Program-made: the position numbers and the translations under genes
NCBI GenBank assembly: GCA_963841915.1
Contig: CAWJEN010000005.1
Coordinates: 1,120,001-1,184,000, forward strand
DNA from: an uncultured Planctomycetota bacterium
GTDB taxonomy: Bacteria; Planctomycetota; Phycisphaerae; Tepidisphaerales; Tepidisphaeraceae
Direction: 5' to 3'
DNA: 64,000 nt
The notes under the pieces: generated by a model
Seen by the model: the letters and a program-made list of their open reading frames with translations, nothing else
Told to the model about the DNA's origin: nothing
The model's database searches: none
In this document: positions 26,766 to 36,529 of the stretch, piece after piece
How positions within the stretch are numbered: position 1 is the stretch's first letter
Layout of the letters: each line of letters opens with the position of its first letter

Positions 26766-28169
26766 ATGTCTCAGCCGCTCGACTACGCCACGCCCGCCAT
26801 ACGTGCCAGGAGGCCGTTGTGGGAGCTGCTCGTGCTGGCCTTGCCGACGGTGGCGCAGATGGCGAGCTACAACGCGACGCAGTTCACCGACACGTACATG
26901 CTGAGCAAGCTCGGCAACGTCGAGGCGACGGCCAGCGGCAATGCCGGGCTGCTGGGTTTTGCGCTCATCAGCCTGGGATTCGGAACGATGTGGGTCGTTA
27001 ATACGCTCGTCAGCCAGGCTTTCGGTCGCGGCGACCATCGGGCGTGCGGACAGCATCTGTGGGCAGGGGTGTGGGTGGGTGTGGCGTACGGGTTGTTGGT
27101 GTTGCCGTTCGCCTTGCTGTCGCGGTCGACGTTTGCGCTGCTTGGGCACGAACAGGCGCTGGCGGAGTTCCAGGCGACGTACCTCAACATCGTCCTGACG
27201 TTCACGAGCGTCCGACTCGCTGCGGCGGCGGCGGGGCAGTTCCTGCTGGCGACTGGCAGGCCCGGTCGTGTCCTGCTGGCGGCGGTGGTCGGTGCCTCGA
27301 CGAATGTGCTGATGAATTACGCGCTCATCTGGGGGCACTTCGGTTTGCCCGAAATGGGCTTGGCCGGCGCGGCGTGGGCGGCCAATATCGGCTCAACGGT
27401 CGAGTTTCTACTACTGGCGGGCTTCTGCCTCATGCCGACGGTGCGGCAGACGTACTTCGTGCTCGACTGGCGACCAAGGTGGCGGCGGGTCAAGACGCTG
27501 CTGCGGGTCGGGCTGCCGTCAGGTGGTCAGATGGTGGCCGACGTGCTGGCGTGGAGCGTGTTCGGCCTGTGGGTCATGGCGGCGTTCGGCACCGCGGGCA
27601 TGGCAGCCAACACCTTCATGATGCGGTACATGTCCGCCAGCTTCATGCCCGCCTTCGGACTCAGTGCGGCGGTGACGGCCTTGGTCGGTCGCAACATCGG
27701 CAGAGGTCAGCCGGACGTGGCGGTGGAGCGGGCGAGGCTCGGTTTCGTCGTCGCCGCGACGTTCATGCTGCTGTGCGGGGTCTTTTTCCTCGTCTATGGC
27801 AAGGTGCTCATCGGCGTCTTCACGGACGACCCTGAGATTCTTGCGATGGGTGCACTCTTGATGAAGTTTGCCGCCGCCTACCAGTTCTTCGACGCGTTGT
27901 ACATTGTTTACGTCGGGGCGTTGCGTGGTGCGGGCGACACCCTCGTGCCTGCCATCGCGACGGCGGGCTTGTGCTGGCTGTTTGTCGTCCTCATCGGCGG
28001 TTATATTGCGTACGAGCAGACGCAGCTTGGCGTTGCCGGCCCGTGGACGGTGGCGACGATCTACGGCGTGCTGCTGGGCCTGTTCATGTGGCTTCGTTTC
28101 AGGGCCGGCGGTTGGCGGAGCATTCGTCTGGACGCGGGAGACGAGCCAGGCGGATACGCTGCGGTATGA
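26766..28169 (+). CDS. MATE family efflux transporter
   Basis: LLVLALPTV, TDTYMLSKLG, MGLAGAAWA, ALRGAGDT; about 12 hydrophobic segments. Confidence 0.92.
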   Translation: MSQPLDYATPAIRARRPLWELLVLALPTVAQMASYNATQFTDTYMLSKLGNVEATASGNAGLLGFALISLGFGTMWVVNTLVSQAFGRGDHRACGQHLWAGVWVGVAYGLLVLPFALLSRSTFALLGHEQALAEFQATYLNIVLTFTSVRLAAAAAGQFLLATGRPGRVLLAAVVGASTNVLMNYALIWGHFGLPEMGLAGAAWAANIGSTVEFLLLAGFCLMPTVRQTYFVLDWRPRWRRVKTLLRVGLPSGGQMVADVLAWSVFGLWVMAAFGTAGMAANTFMMRYMSASFMPAFGLSAAVTALVGRNIGRGQPDVAVERARLGFVVAATFMLLCGVFFLVYGKVLIGVFTDDPEILAMGALLMKFAAAYQFFDALYIVYVGALRGAGDTLVPAIATAGLCWLFVVLIGGYIAYEQTQLGVAGPWTVATIYGVLLGLFMWLRFRAGGWRSIRLDAGDEPGGYAAV

Positions 28170-31072
28170 GTGACAAGCCCAAGGGCTACAAGGAGACCCT
28201 CAACCTCCCCAAGACCGACTTTCCGATGAAGGCCGCGCTCGTCCAGCGTGAGCCCGAACGGCTCAAGGCGTGGGCGGAGCGTGACCTCTATCAGGAGGTC
28301 CAAGACGCCCACGCTGACGACCCGACCTACACGCTGCACGACGGGCCCCCGTTCGCCAACGGCGACATCCACCTGGGTCACCTCATCAACAAGGTGCTCA
28401 AAGACGTCGTCCTGCGCTACCAGACGATGAAGGGGCACAAGACCCCATATGTGCCCGGCTGGGACTGTCACGGCCTGCCGATCGAGCACCAGATCCAGCA
28501 GAAGCTCGGGCCCAAGCTGCGCGAAATGGAGACGCTGACGGTCCGCCGGCTGTGCAAGGAGCACGCTGAAAAATTCATCAAGCGGCAAAGCGAGCAGTTC
28601 CAGCGCCTCGGCATCCTCGGTGACTGGGAGCACCCGTATGCGACGATGACGCCCGATTACGAGGCAGCATCGCTGGAGGTCTTCGCACAGTTCGTCGCCA
28701 AGGGACTTGTCTACAAGAAGCTCAAGCCGGTCCAGTGGTCGATCGCCAATCAGACCGCGCTCGCCGACGCGGAGCTCGAGTACCAGCTCAAGACCGATCC
28801 GAGCGTTTTCGTCGAGTTTCCGGCCTTCAATCCAGGCGCTGCTAAAGGCGTGCTGGGGCTACGCGAGCCGGGCAAGCTCAACTTCCTGATCTGGACGACG
28901 ACGCCTTGGACGCTGCCGGCGAACCTGGCAATCGCGGTGAATGCTGGCGTCGCGTACGACGTCGTCAAGTACGAGCGGACGGGCGACAGTCACCCACGGA
29001 TGGCGGTCGTGGCCAGCGCGTTGCGTGAGGCCGTCTTTGCCGCCGGCGGCAGCAAGGGAGCGCCACCGACGGACGCCGACGCCGACGACTGGAAGGGCAC
29101 CAAGTCCTTTTTCTCTGGTGAGAAGTCGATCGAGCACGAAGTCATCGCGACCGTCACCGGCGAGCAGCTGGTCGGCCTCGAGTACGGCCACCCATTCGTG
29201 CCCGACCGTGTCGGCAAGATCGTCGCCGCCGACTACGTCACGACGACCGACGGCACCGGCCTCGTCCATACCGCACCGGGCCACGGCGAAGACGACTACG
29301 AAACCGGCCGCAAGAACGGCCTCGACGTCTATTGCCCCGTCGACGCCGCCGGCAAATATGATTCGACCGTACCGCCCTTCGTCGCGGGGCTGGGCGTCTT
29401 CGAAGCCAATCCGATCATCGTCGAGCGACTCGCCGACGACGGAGCGTTGTTCGCTCACCAGGATCTCGTCCACAAGTACCCGCACGACTGGCGGAGCAAG
29501 ACGCCGACGATCTACCGGGCGACGGAGCAGTGGTTCATTGCCCTCGATGAGCCGTTTGACGGCAAGTCGATGCGCGAACGGGCGATCGAGGCGGCTGAGG
29601 CGACGACCTTTCACCCTGCGTGGGGCCGTCAACGGCTGCTGGCGATGCTGCAAGGTCGCCCTGACTGGTGCATCAGTCGTCAGCGGTCGTGGGGCCTGCC
29701 GATCCCGGTCTTCTACAACGCGTCGGGCGAGCCCCTGCTCACGCCTGAGAGCGTCAAGGCCGTCAGCAAGTGCTTTGCCGAGCACGGCAGCGACGCCTGG
29801 TGGAAGCTGTCACCGGCCGAGCTGCTCGGCGAACTTGACACCGGCTCAGACTTCCCGAAGGACAAGCTCCGCAAAGAGAGCGACATTTTCGACGTCTGGT
29901 TCGAGTCGGGCAGCTCGTGGCACGCGGTGCTCGACGCCCGGGAGTCGCTTGGCCAGCCGGCGGACCTGTACCTCGAAGGCTCCGACCAACACCGCGGCTG
30001 GTTCCAGCTCAGCCTCCTCTCCAGCCTCGGCGGACAGGCGAAGGCACCGTTCAAGCAGGTCCTGACGCACGGCTTCATCGTCAAACCCGACGGCAAGAAG
30101 GTCTCCAAGAGCGACCCCGAATACGTCACCGCGATGGATGAGGTCAAGACGCACGGGGCCGACCTGCTGCGGCTGTGGACGTGCAGCGTCGACTATCAAG
30201 GCGACGTGCGGGCCAGCCCCGACATCCTCGCCAAGTTCGGCGACGAGTATCGAAAGATCCGCAACACGCTGCGGTTTCTGCTGGGCAACGTCAAAGACAT
30301 CGCCCTTGACGAGGGTGACCTCGTCGACCTCAAGAAGATCCCAGCGAGCAGCCTCGACGGCTGGATGCTCAACGAGCTGAACAAGCTCATCAGAGACGTT
30401 ACCGGGGCGATGGACGCGTTCATGTTCCATCACGCCTACCGGCTTCTCAGAGACTTCTGCACGGTGCAGGTCAGCCAGATCTACGGCAACGCGATGAAGG
30501 ATCGCCTGTATTGCGAGCTGCCGGAGGCACCGAGCCGTCGCCGGACGCAGACGGTGCAATGGTTGGTCGCTGACGCGCTGATTCGGATGGTTGCCCCGAT
30601 GCTTGTCTTCACGGCTGACGAGGCTTGGAGCAGCTTCATGAACGACGTTGATGGCTTTGAGGGTGTAAAATTACCAAGTGTCCACGCGGTCCAATGGCCG
30701 ACAGCTTCGGAGGCACCAACGAGCGACGCCTGGCCGCTGCTCATGAAGCTGCGCGATAGCGCCCTGGTCCAGCTCGACACGCTCAAGAAGGACGTCGGCC
30801 TCAACAAAGCCACTGACGCTGAAGTCGTCTACACGCTGACCCCAGACGATCGCAAGCTGCTCGAACCCTTCGGCGTCGACCTCGCCGACGTCGTCGGCGC
30901 TGGCTGGCACTCCATTAAAGACGGTGACAAGACGTCGGTTCAAGTCGTCGATCGCCGTGAGGATTGGCAGCTTTGTGCCCGCAGTCGCAAGCGGACGCCT
31001 GACGTCGGCAGCGATGTGAGTCACCCAGACCTCTCGAAGCGGGACGCAGCCGTCGTTGCGGCCTTAGCTTGA
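28166..31072 (+). CDS. ileS: Isoleucine--tRNA ligase
   Basis: TLNLPKTDFPM, LHDGPPFANGDIHLGH, GWDCHGLP, WTTTPWTLPAN, DWCISRQR, EGSDQHRGWF, KVSKS; ATGA overlap with the MATE stop. Confidence 0.98.
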   Translation: MSDKPKGYKETLNLPKTDFPMKAALVQREPERLKAWAERDLYQEVQDAHADDPTYTLHDGPPFANGDIHLGHLINKVLKDVVLRYQTMKGHKTPYVPGWDCHGLPIEHQIQQKLGPKLREMETLTVRRLCKEHAEKFIKRQSEQFQRLGILGDWEHPYATMTPDYEAASLEVFAQFVAKGLVYKKLKPVQWSIANQTALADAELEYQLKTDPSVFVEFPAFNPGAAKGVLGLREPGKLNFLIWTTTPWTLPANLAIAVNAGVAYDVVKYERTGDSHPRMAVVASALREAVFAAGGSKGAPPTDADADDWKGTKSFFSGEKSIEHEVIATVTGEQLVGLEYGHPFVPDRVGKIVAADYVTTTDGTGLVHTAPGHGEDDYETGRKNGLDVYCPVDAAGKYDSTVPPFVAGLGVFEANPIIVERLADDGALFAHQDLVHKYPHDWRSKTPTIYRATEQWFIALDEPFDGKSMRERAIEAAEATTFHPAWGRQRLLAMLQGRPDWCISRQRSWGLPIPVFYNASGEPLLTPESVKAVSKCFAEHGSDAWWKLSPAELLGELDTGSDFPKDKLRKESDIFDVWFESGSSWHAVLDARESLGQPADLYLEGSDQHRGWFQLSLLSSLGGQAKAPFKQVLTHGFIVKPDGKKVSKSDPEYVTAMDEVKTHGADLLRLWTCSVDYQGDVRASPDILAKFGDEYRKIRNTLRFLLGNVKDIALDEGDLVDLKKIPASSLDGWMLNELNKLIRDVTGAMDAFMFHHAYRLLRDFCTVQVSQIYGNAMKDRLYCELPEAPSRRRTQTVQWLVADALIRMVAPMLVFTADEAWSSFMNDVDGFEGVKLPSVHAVQWPTASEAPTSDAWPLLMKLRDSALVQLDTLKKDVGLNKATDAEVVYTLTPDDRKLLEPFGVDLADVVGAGWHSIKDGDKTSVQVVDRREDWQLCARSRKRTPDVGSDVSHPDLSKRDAAVVAALA

Positions 31073-31181
31073 AGGATTGGCAGCATGAATAGGGCGGAGC
31101 AGAAACTTCTCCCCGCAACCCGACCGCCGCCGATGCATTCCGTAAGATGAGTGTCCACCTGGCCGTTCCTACGGAAGCCTT

Positions 31182-34100
31182 ATGTCCAGCCCAGTCCTGC
31201 CGCCGACGAATGACCGTGTCTCGCCGGGCGGGCTCATCGACGCCCTGGAGCGGCTCCGCTTTCGGGCGATGTCTCTCAGCGTCGGATATGGCATCGGGCT
31301 TGTCGTCGCTGCTGCCTGCGGTGCGATCCTTATCGGCGGGCTCGTCGACTGGCTGCTTCAGCTCCCGGCAGTCCCGCGACTCCTGGGCCTGATCGTCACG
31401 CTGGCAGGCCTCAGCTATCTCGCCTATCGCACAATCTGGCTTCCGGCGACGACGAAGACCGGTCTCGGCGATGTCGCCGGACGCGTTGAAGAGCGATTTC
31501 CAGCCTTTGAAGATCGCCTGCGGAGCAGCGTCAGCTTCTTGGGTGACGGCCACGCGATGCCGGCCGATCCTTACGAGCGGCAAACGATCGAGCAGGCGGG
31601 TGACCTTGCCGCCGACGTGCGTTGGTCGGACGTTCTGCAAGGCAAGCCCGCTGCCAAAACGCTCGCAGCAGCAGCAGCCGGCGTCATTCTGCTCGTCTTG
31701 TTGGCCGTGCTGCTGGGGCCGCTGGCCAACACGGTTGCCGGTCGACTCTTCGACCCGCTGAATCCGTCGCATCAATGGCCACGCAAGTACGCAGTCGCTC
31801 CGATTCAGCTGCCCGAGAAACACGCCGCCGGCCGTCCGCTCACCGTCACCGCGCGGCTCGACAAGGGCGACGCCTCGCGGATCACACCCGTCGTTCGGTA
31901 TCGCATCGGTGACAACGGCCAGGTCCGCCAGGCACTCATGGTCGCAGACGATGACGGCGTCTTCACTGCGCTTATTGATCCGCGACTGGCCGACGGCAGC
32001 GACGCCGGCACGATGAGCGTCTGGGTTGAAGCCGGTGACGATCAGACGCAACCGACGCCCGTCGCCGTCGTTCGACGTCCCAAGCTGCTTGCCGCAACGC
32101 TCGACGTTACTCCACCGCCGTATGTCCGTGATGCAGCGCGTCGTACGAGCGATCTGCTCGAAGGCCCGGCAACCGTTGGTGTCGGTTCCGAGCTGACGAT
32201 GAGCCTGCGATTCAGTAAGGCGTTGCAGTCGACCACGCCGACATTGCTCGCCGCGGGTGAGGCGGCTTTGCCGTCGCTTTCGTGGCGGGTTGTCGAGCCG
32301 GGGCTGCTGGCGGCGACCTTCACCGCCGACCAAACGCTGCGGTTTAGTGTTTCAGCCGTCGGCGTCGACGGCTTTGAATCGGACGCTTCACCGACGCTTG
32401 AAGCCATCGTCAGGCCCGACACGGCTCCAACGGTTCAGATTGACGAACCGCGTCGCAACGAAAGCCGCACCGCAGAGGCCGTCGTGCCGTTGCAGGTAAC
32501 CGCGACTGATGACTTCGGCCTGACGGCCGTCGACCTCGTGGTGGAGAAGCTCGCCCCGGCCGGTACCGACGGCGGCTGGATGACCAACATCCCGCTCCTC
32601 GACGTGGCTGACGTCACACGTGAAAGCCTTGCCACCGGTCAGGGCGAACGATCGCGTCTCGCCTACGGCTGGCGTCTTTCACAACTTGCTCAGTCGATGG
32701 ACGACGAGCTGGAGCCCGGTGACGTGCTGGAGTTTTACGCTCAGGCGACCGACAACTATCTCCTCAACGGCCAGACGCACGAGGCGGTGACGAGCGGCCG
32801 GCTGCGGCTGACGATCATCAGCCAGCAAGAGCTCAACCGTCGCGCGATCGGCACGCTGCAGTCGATCAAGGACGATGTCGCCTCCACCCGCAAGCGGCAG
32901 GCGGCGACGCGTCGCGAGACCAAGGCGTGGGCGGAACAGGTTGCAGACAAGAGCGAGCTTGACGCGGCTGATCGTGAGGCGGCTGAGCGGCTGAGTCGTC
33001 GGCAGTCGCGTGAAGCCGCCGCCGCCAAGCGATTGGCCGAGCAGGCGGCCGAGCTTCAGGAACAGCTCGAAGAGAACAACGCAGAGAGCGACGATCTGAC
33101 ACGCCTCGCCGAGCGCGTCGCAGACGATCTGGAAGAGACGGCTGAAGGCGTGATGCGTCGGGCGGCCTCGGAAATCGATCAGGCTCGCCGGGCCGAAGAG
33201 GCGACCGAGCGATCGCGTCAGGCCGACTCGGCCGCTGAGAATCAGCAAGAGGCCGACGAGCGGCTTGAAGCGGTGATGGAGCAGATGGAGGCGATCGGCA
33301 CGCTGCGTCAGGCGATCGATGACATCAGCGAGTTGCTGGAACAACAAAAAGACGTCGGGGAACGCGCTGCCGAGCTTGCCGGTCGCAACGTCGGTCAGGA
33401 AGCCGGTGAGATGAGCGAGGCCGATCAGGCCGAGGCCGAAGAACTCGCCGCCGAGCAGGAACGGCTCGCCGATGCCGTCGAAGAGGCCCTTGAGCAGCTT
33501 GAAGAGCAAGCCGGTGAGCAGCCTGCTGACCAGGAGGAACAGGACGCGACGGCCGAGGCCATGCGTGACGCCGCTCAAGCTGGTCGTCAACAGAACGTGC
33601 CCGGTCAGCAGCGACAGGCCGCCGAGTCGACGCGGAACAACCAGCGTCAGCAAGGTCAGCAAGCCAGGCAGCAGGCGGAGATTGGCCTGGAGATCATCCT
33701 GAACGAACTTCGCGACGCCGAGCGTGAGCAGTTGCGGCAGCTACAGCGCGAGCTTGCTGAGCTGCGAGATCAGATCGAGCGGCTGGCCCGACTGCAAGCC
33801 GGGCACAATGCCGACAACCTTTCGATTCGCGGCATCGAGGCAGAGCAGGTCACGCTGCTGCTCGAAGCGGCCGGGCGAAACGCCGACCAGGCGGTGGAGG
33901 CGACTGTCGGTCGTCTGTCCGCCGGTCAGGAGCAAAGCGAGCGGAACGCGCGGGACCTGGCCCGCACGGCAGATGAGTCGGCAGATGACGGTGGCGCGAC
34001 GGCCGACCTGCTCACACGGGCGGCGCTTGAAATGGAGCGGGCGGCGGTGGCCATTCGTCGTGACGACCTGCTCGGCGCATACGAGCCGCCGCAGGTGCGG

Positions 34101-35495
34101 GCGCTGGAGACGCTTCGCCAAGCCGCCGAAGCCGCGGCCGCGGAGCAGGAGCGGATCCAGCAGGAAATCGAAGAACAGCAACGCGAGGCCATCCGCCAAC
34201 GCCTCATCTCGTTGCGGGACGAGCAAGTGGCCGACGTCAACACGCCGACCACGACACTTGCAGATGCCGCGGCGGCCGGTGAACTCAACCGACGCGAGCG
34301 ACTGACGCCCCGTGCCACGCTCGCCCCGCGGCAAGGCGAACTGGCGGATGAATTAGCAGACGTGACGCTCGCGCTCGGCGAGGCCGGTGGCACCGTCTTC
34401 GTCTACGCCGGCGAGCGGGTGAATGCCGAGATGCTGAAGGTGCAGGAGCGGCTCGTCGCCCTCGACACCGCTGAAGACACGCAACTGTTGCAGCAGAGCG
34501 TCGTCGCAGGTCTAACCGACCTAATCGACTCGCTCGAGCTGGAGATGAACGAGCAAAGGTTCGACCGCAACAGCCAACCCGAGGGCGAAGGCGAAGCAGG
34601 CGGTGGTGGCGGCGAACAGTCGCCACCTTTGCCACCGGCTGCCGAGATCAAGCTTTTCTCGAAGCTGCAGGCGAGTGTGAACGAGCGGACGAAGGCCGAT
34701 GATGCCGACGCGGCTGCGCTGGGGCAAGAGCAGGGCGAGCTTCGTGCCGTGCTCGACGCGATGCTCCAGAAGGCCAGCAAAGGCCAACTACGGTTCAGGT
34801 CCGAGCCGGCGATCGACACGTTGCTACCGGAAGAAGCGGCAGGCGAAGCTCCGCGAGACGTCGAAGAGGAACTTGACGAGCGAGAGCTGCTTGAGGACCT
34901 ATTGGGCGATGCTGCCGTCGCTCCGCCACCCGGTGAAGTGGCTGGCGACGCCGACGCTCCGGTCGGCGATGCGAGCGTGACCCGCCTCGGTGACTATCTC
35001 GCCCGCGCCCGGCAGCGACTGACCGAGCTGGACGATGCAGGCCCGGTGACGCAGGCGGTGCAGGAACGCATCGTCGTCGAGCTCGACGCTTTGGCTCAGC
35101 AGTCGCAGAACCAGGCTCAGCAGAGCAGCTCCTCGTCGGCAGCCGGTAAGCCCGGTCAGCCGCAACCGGGGCAGCCAGGGTCGCCACGTGGCGTGCAGCA
35201 ACAGCCCGGCCAGCCGGCGGGCCAGCCGAATCAACCCGGCCAGCCCGCCGGTCAGCAGCCAGGCCAACCTGAACCCGGCCAAAGCAACCAGGGTGACGAG
35301 CAAAACGGCGAGGGCCCAGCAGCGGGTGAGGCAGACTTGTCGAGCGAACTCGAAGAAACGCTGGCCGAGTGGGGCAACCTCACACCTCGCGAGCGGCAGG
35401 CGATTCTCGACACCAAGACGGATCGGCCGCTGGAGTCTTACCGTGAACTGGTCGAGGCTTTCAACCGGGCACTGAGCGAAAAGGAAGACGAATGA
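31182..35495 (+). CDS. Large membrane-anchored protein with Ig-like and long coiled-coil regions (DUF4175-like)
   Basis: Three N-terminal TM segments; PDTAPTVQI and ATDDFGL motifs; E/Q/A-rich heptads; GQP low-complexity tract; C-terminal WGNLTPRER. Confidence 0.75.
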   Translation: MSSPVLPPTNDRVSPGGLIDALERLRFRAMSLSVGYGIGLVVAAACGAILIGGLVDWLLQLPAVPRLLGLIVTLAGLSYLAYRTIWLPATTKTGLGDVAGRVEERFPAFEDRLRSSVSFLGDGHAMPADPYERQTIEQAGDLAADVRWSDVLQGKPAAKTLAAAAAGVILLVLLAVLLGPLANTVAGRLFDPLNPSHQWPRKYAVAPIQLPEKHAAGRPLTVTARLDKGDASRITPVVRYRIGDNGQVRQALMVADDDGVFTALIDPRLADGSDAGTMSVWVEAGDDQTQPTPVAVVRRPKLLAATLDVTPPPYVRDAARRTSDLLEGPATVGVGSELTMSLRFSKALQSTTPTLLAAGEAALPSLSWRVVEPGLLAATFTADQTLRFSVSAVGVDGFESDASPTLEAIVRPDTAPTVQIDEPRRNESRTAEAVVPLQVTATDDFGLTAVDLVVEKLAPAGTDGGWMTNIPLLDVADVTRESLATGQGERSRLAYGWRLSQLAQSMDDELEPGDVLEFYAQATDNYLLNGQTHEAVTSGRLRLTIISQQELNRRAIGTLQSIKDDVASTRKRQAATRRETKAWAEQVADKSELDAADREAAERLSRRQSREAAAAKRLAEQAAELQEQLEENNAESDDLTRLAERVADDLEETAEGVMRRAASEIDQARRAEEATERSRQADSAAENQQEADERLEAVMEQMEAIGTLRQAIDDISELLEQQKDVGERAAELAGRNVGQEAGEMSEADQAEAEELAAEQERLADAVEEALEQLEEQAGEQPADQEEQDATAEAMRDAAQAGRQQNVPGQQRQAAESTRNNQRQQGQQARQQAEIGLEIILNELRDAEREQLRQLQRELAELRDQIERLARLQAGHNADNLSIRGIEAEQVTLLLEAAGRNADQAVEATVGRLSAGQEQSERNARDLARTADESADDGGATADLLTRAALEMERAAVAIRRDDLLGAYEPPQVRALETLRQAAEAAAAEQERIQQEIEEQQREAIRQRLISLRDEQVADVNTPTTTLADAAAAGELNRRERLTPRATLAPRQGELADELADVTLALGEAGGTVFVYAGERVNAEMLKVQERLVALDTAEDTQLLQQSVVAGLTDLIDSLELEMNEQRFDRNSQPEGEGEAGGGGGEQSPPLPPAAEIKLFSKLQASVNERTKADDADAAALGQEQGELRAVLDAMLQKASKGQLRFRSEPAIDTLLPEEAAGEAPRDVEEELDERELLEDLLGDAAVAPPPGEVAGDADAPVGDASVTRLGDYLARARQRLTELDDAGPVTQAVQERIVVELDALAQQSQNQAQQSSSSSAAGKPGQPQPGQPGSPRGVQQQPGQPAGQPNQPGQPAGQQPGQPEPGQSNQGDEQNGEGPAAGEADLSSELEETLAEWGNLTPRERQAILDTKTDRPLESYRELVEAFNRALSEKEDE

Positions 35496-36529
35496 AGCGA
35501 CTTGCCCCACTGTTGTTCGTCGGCCTCGCCGCATTGGCGGTGCCAGCGGTCCTCGCACAGCCGGCTGAAGACGAGCCGACGGTTCGCGGCGATGAGATCA
35601 CGCCGGAGCTGACAGCCTCCGTCGACAAAGGCCTTGCTTGGCTCGCTGCGGCGCAGCAGGAAGACGGCTCGTTCGACAACCGCGGCGGCACGGCGGTAAC
35701 GAGCGTGGCCGCGATCGCATTCATGTCAGCCGGCCACCTGCCGGGCCGCGGCGAATACGGGCAAGTCGTCGCCAAGGCCGTCGACAACGTGCTCGCCAGC
35801 GCAGAACCCAGTGGCCTGCTCGTCGGTCGTAACTCCGGCGGGAACATGTACCACCACGGCTTTGCCACGCTTCTGCTCGGCGAGGTGTACGGCATGACCG
35901 GTGACGACCGCGTGCAGGAGCCGTTGCGGCGGGCAATCCGGCTCATCGAGCAGAGTCAGAACCCGCAAGGCGGTTGGCGGTATCAGCCGGTGCCCGTAGA
36001 CGCGGATGTGAGTGTGACGATCCTGCAGGTGATGGCCCTACGTGCCGCTCGAGATGCGGGGATCAAGGTCGAGAAGCGTGTCATCGACGACGCCGTCGCT
36101 TACGTCAAGGCGTGCCAGAACCCCGACGGCGGCTTCAACTACATGCTCGGCAGCGGTCGAAGCAGCGAGTTCCCGCGGTCGGCGGCGGGTGTGGCGACGC
36201 TCTACTACGCAGGCATCAGCGAAGGCGAAGCGATCGACAGCGGGTTGGCGTACCTCATGCAGAGCCTGCCGGGTCGGACTCTTCAAGGTCGCGATCGACA
36301 CTACTTCTACGGGCAGTATTACGCGGCGCAGGCCATGTTCCTCGCCGGCGGTGACTACTGGGCGACGTGGTTCCCGGCGGTCCGAGCCGAATTGCTCAGC
36401 CGCCAATCCGAAAACGGCCGGTGGCAAAGCAACCACGGCGACGCCTACGGCACAGCCATGTCGCTGATCGTCCTGCAGCTTCCCAATCGATATCTGCCTG
36501 TCTTCAGCGGAAAAGGCCAAGGCTCTTGA
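35492..36529 (+). CDS. Secreted prenyltransferase/squalene oxidase repeat protein
   Basis: Signal peptide; QW-like repeats QQEDGSF, QNPQGGW, QNPDGGF, QSENGRW; ATGA overlap. Confidence 0.88.
   Translation: MKRLAPLLFVGLAALAVPAVLAQPAEDEPTVRGDEITPELTASVDKGLAWLAAAQQEDGSFDNRGGTAVTSVAAIAFMSAGHLPGRGEYGQVVAKAVDNVLASAEPSGLLVGRNSGGNMYHHGFATLLLGEVYGMTGDDRVQEPLRRAIRLIEQSQNPQGGWRYQPVPVDADVSVTILQVMALRAARDAGIKVEKRVIDDAVAYVKACQNPDGGFNYMLGSGRSSEFPRSAAGVATLYYAGISEGEAIDSGLAYLMQSLPGRTLQGRDRHYFYGQYYAAQAMFLAGGDYWATWFPAVRAELLSRQSENGRWQSNHGDAYGTAMSLIVLQLPNRYLPVFSGKGQGS

Noticed and set aside
35140..35295. CAGCC(G/C)GG repeats as a DNA element
   Set aside because: Explained by a GQP low-complexity linker within the large CDS
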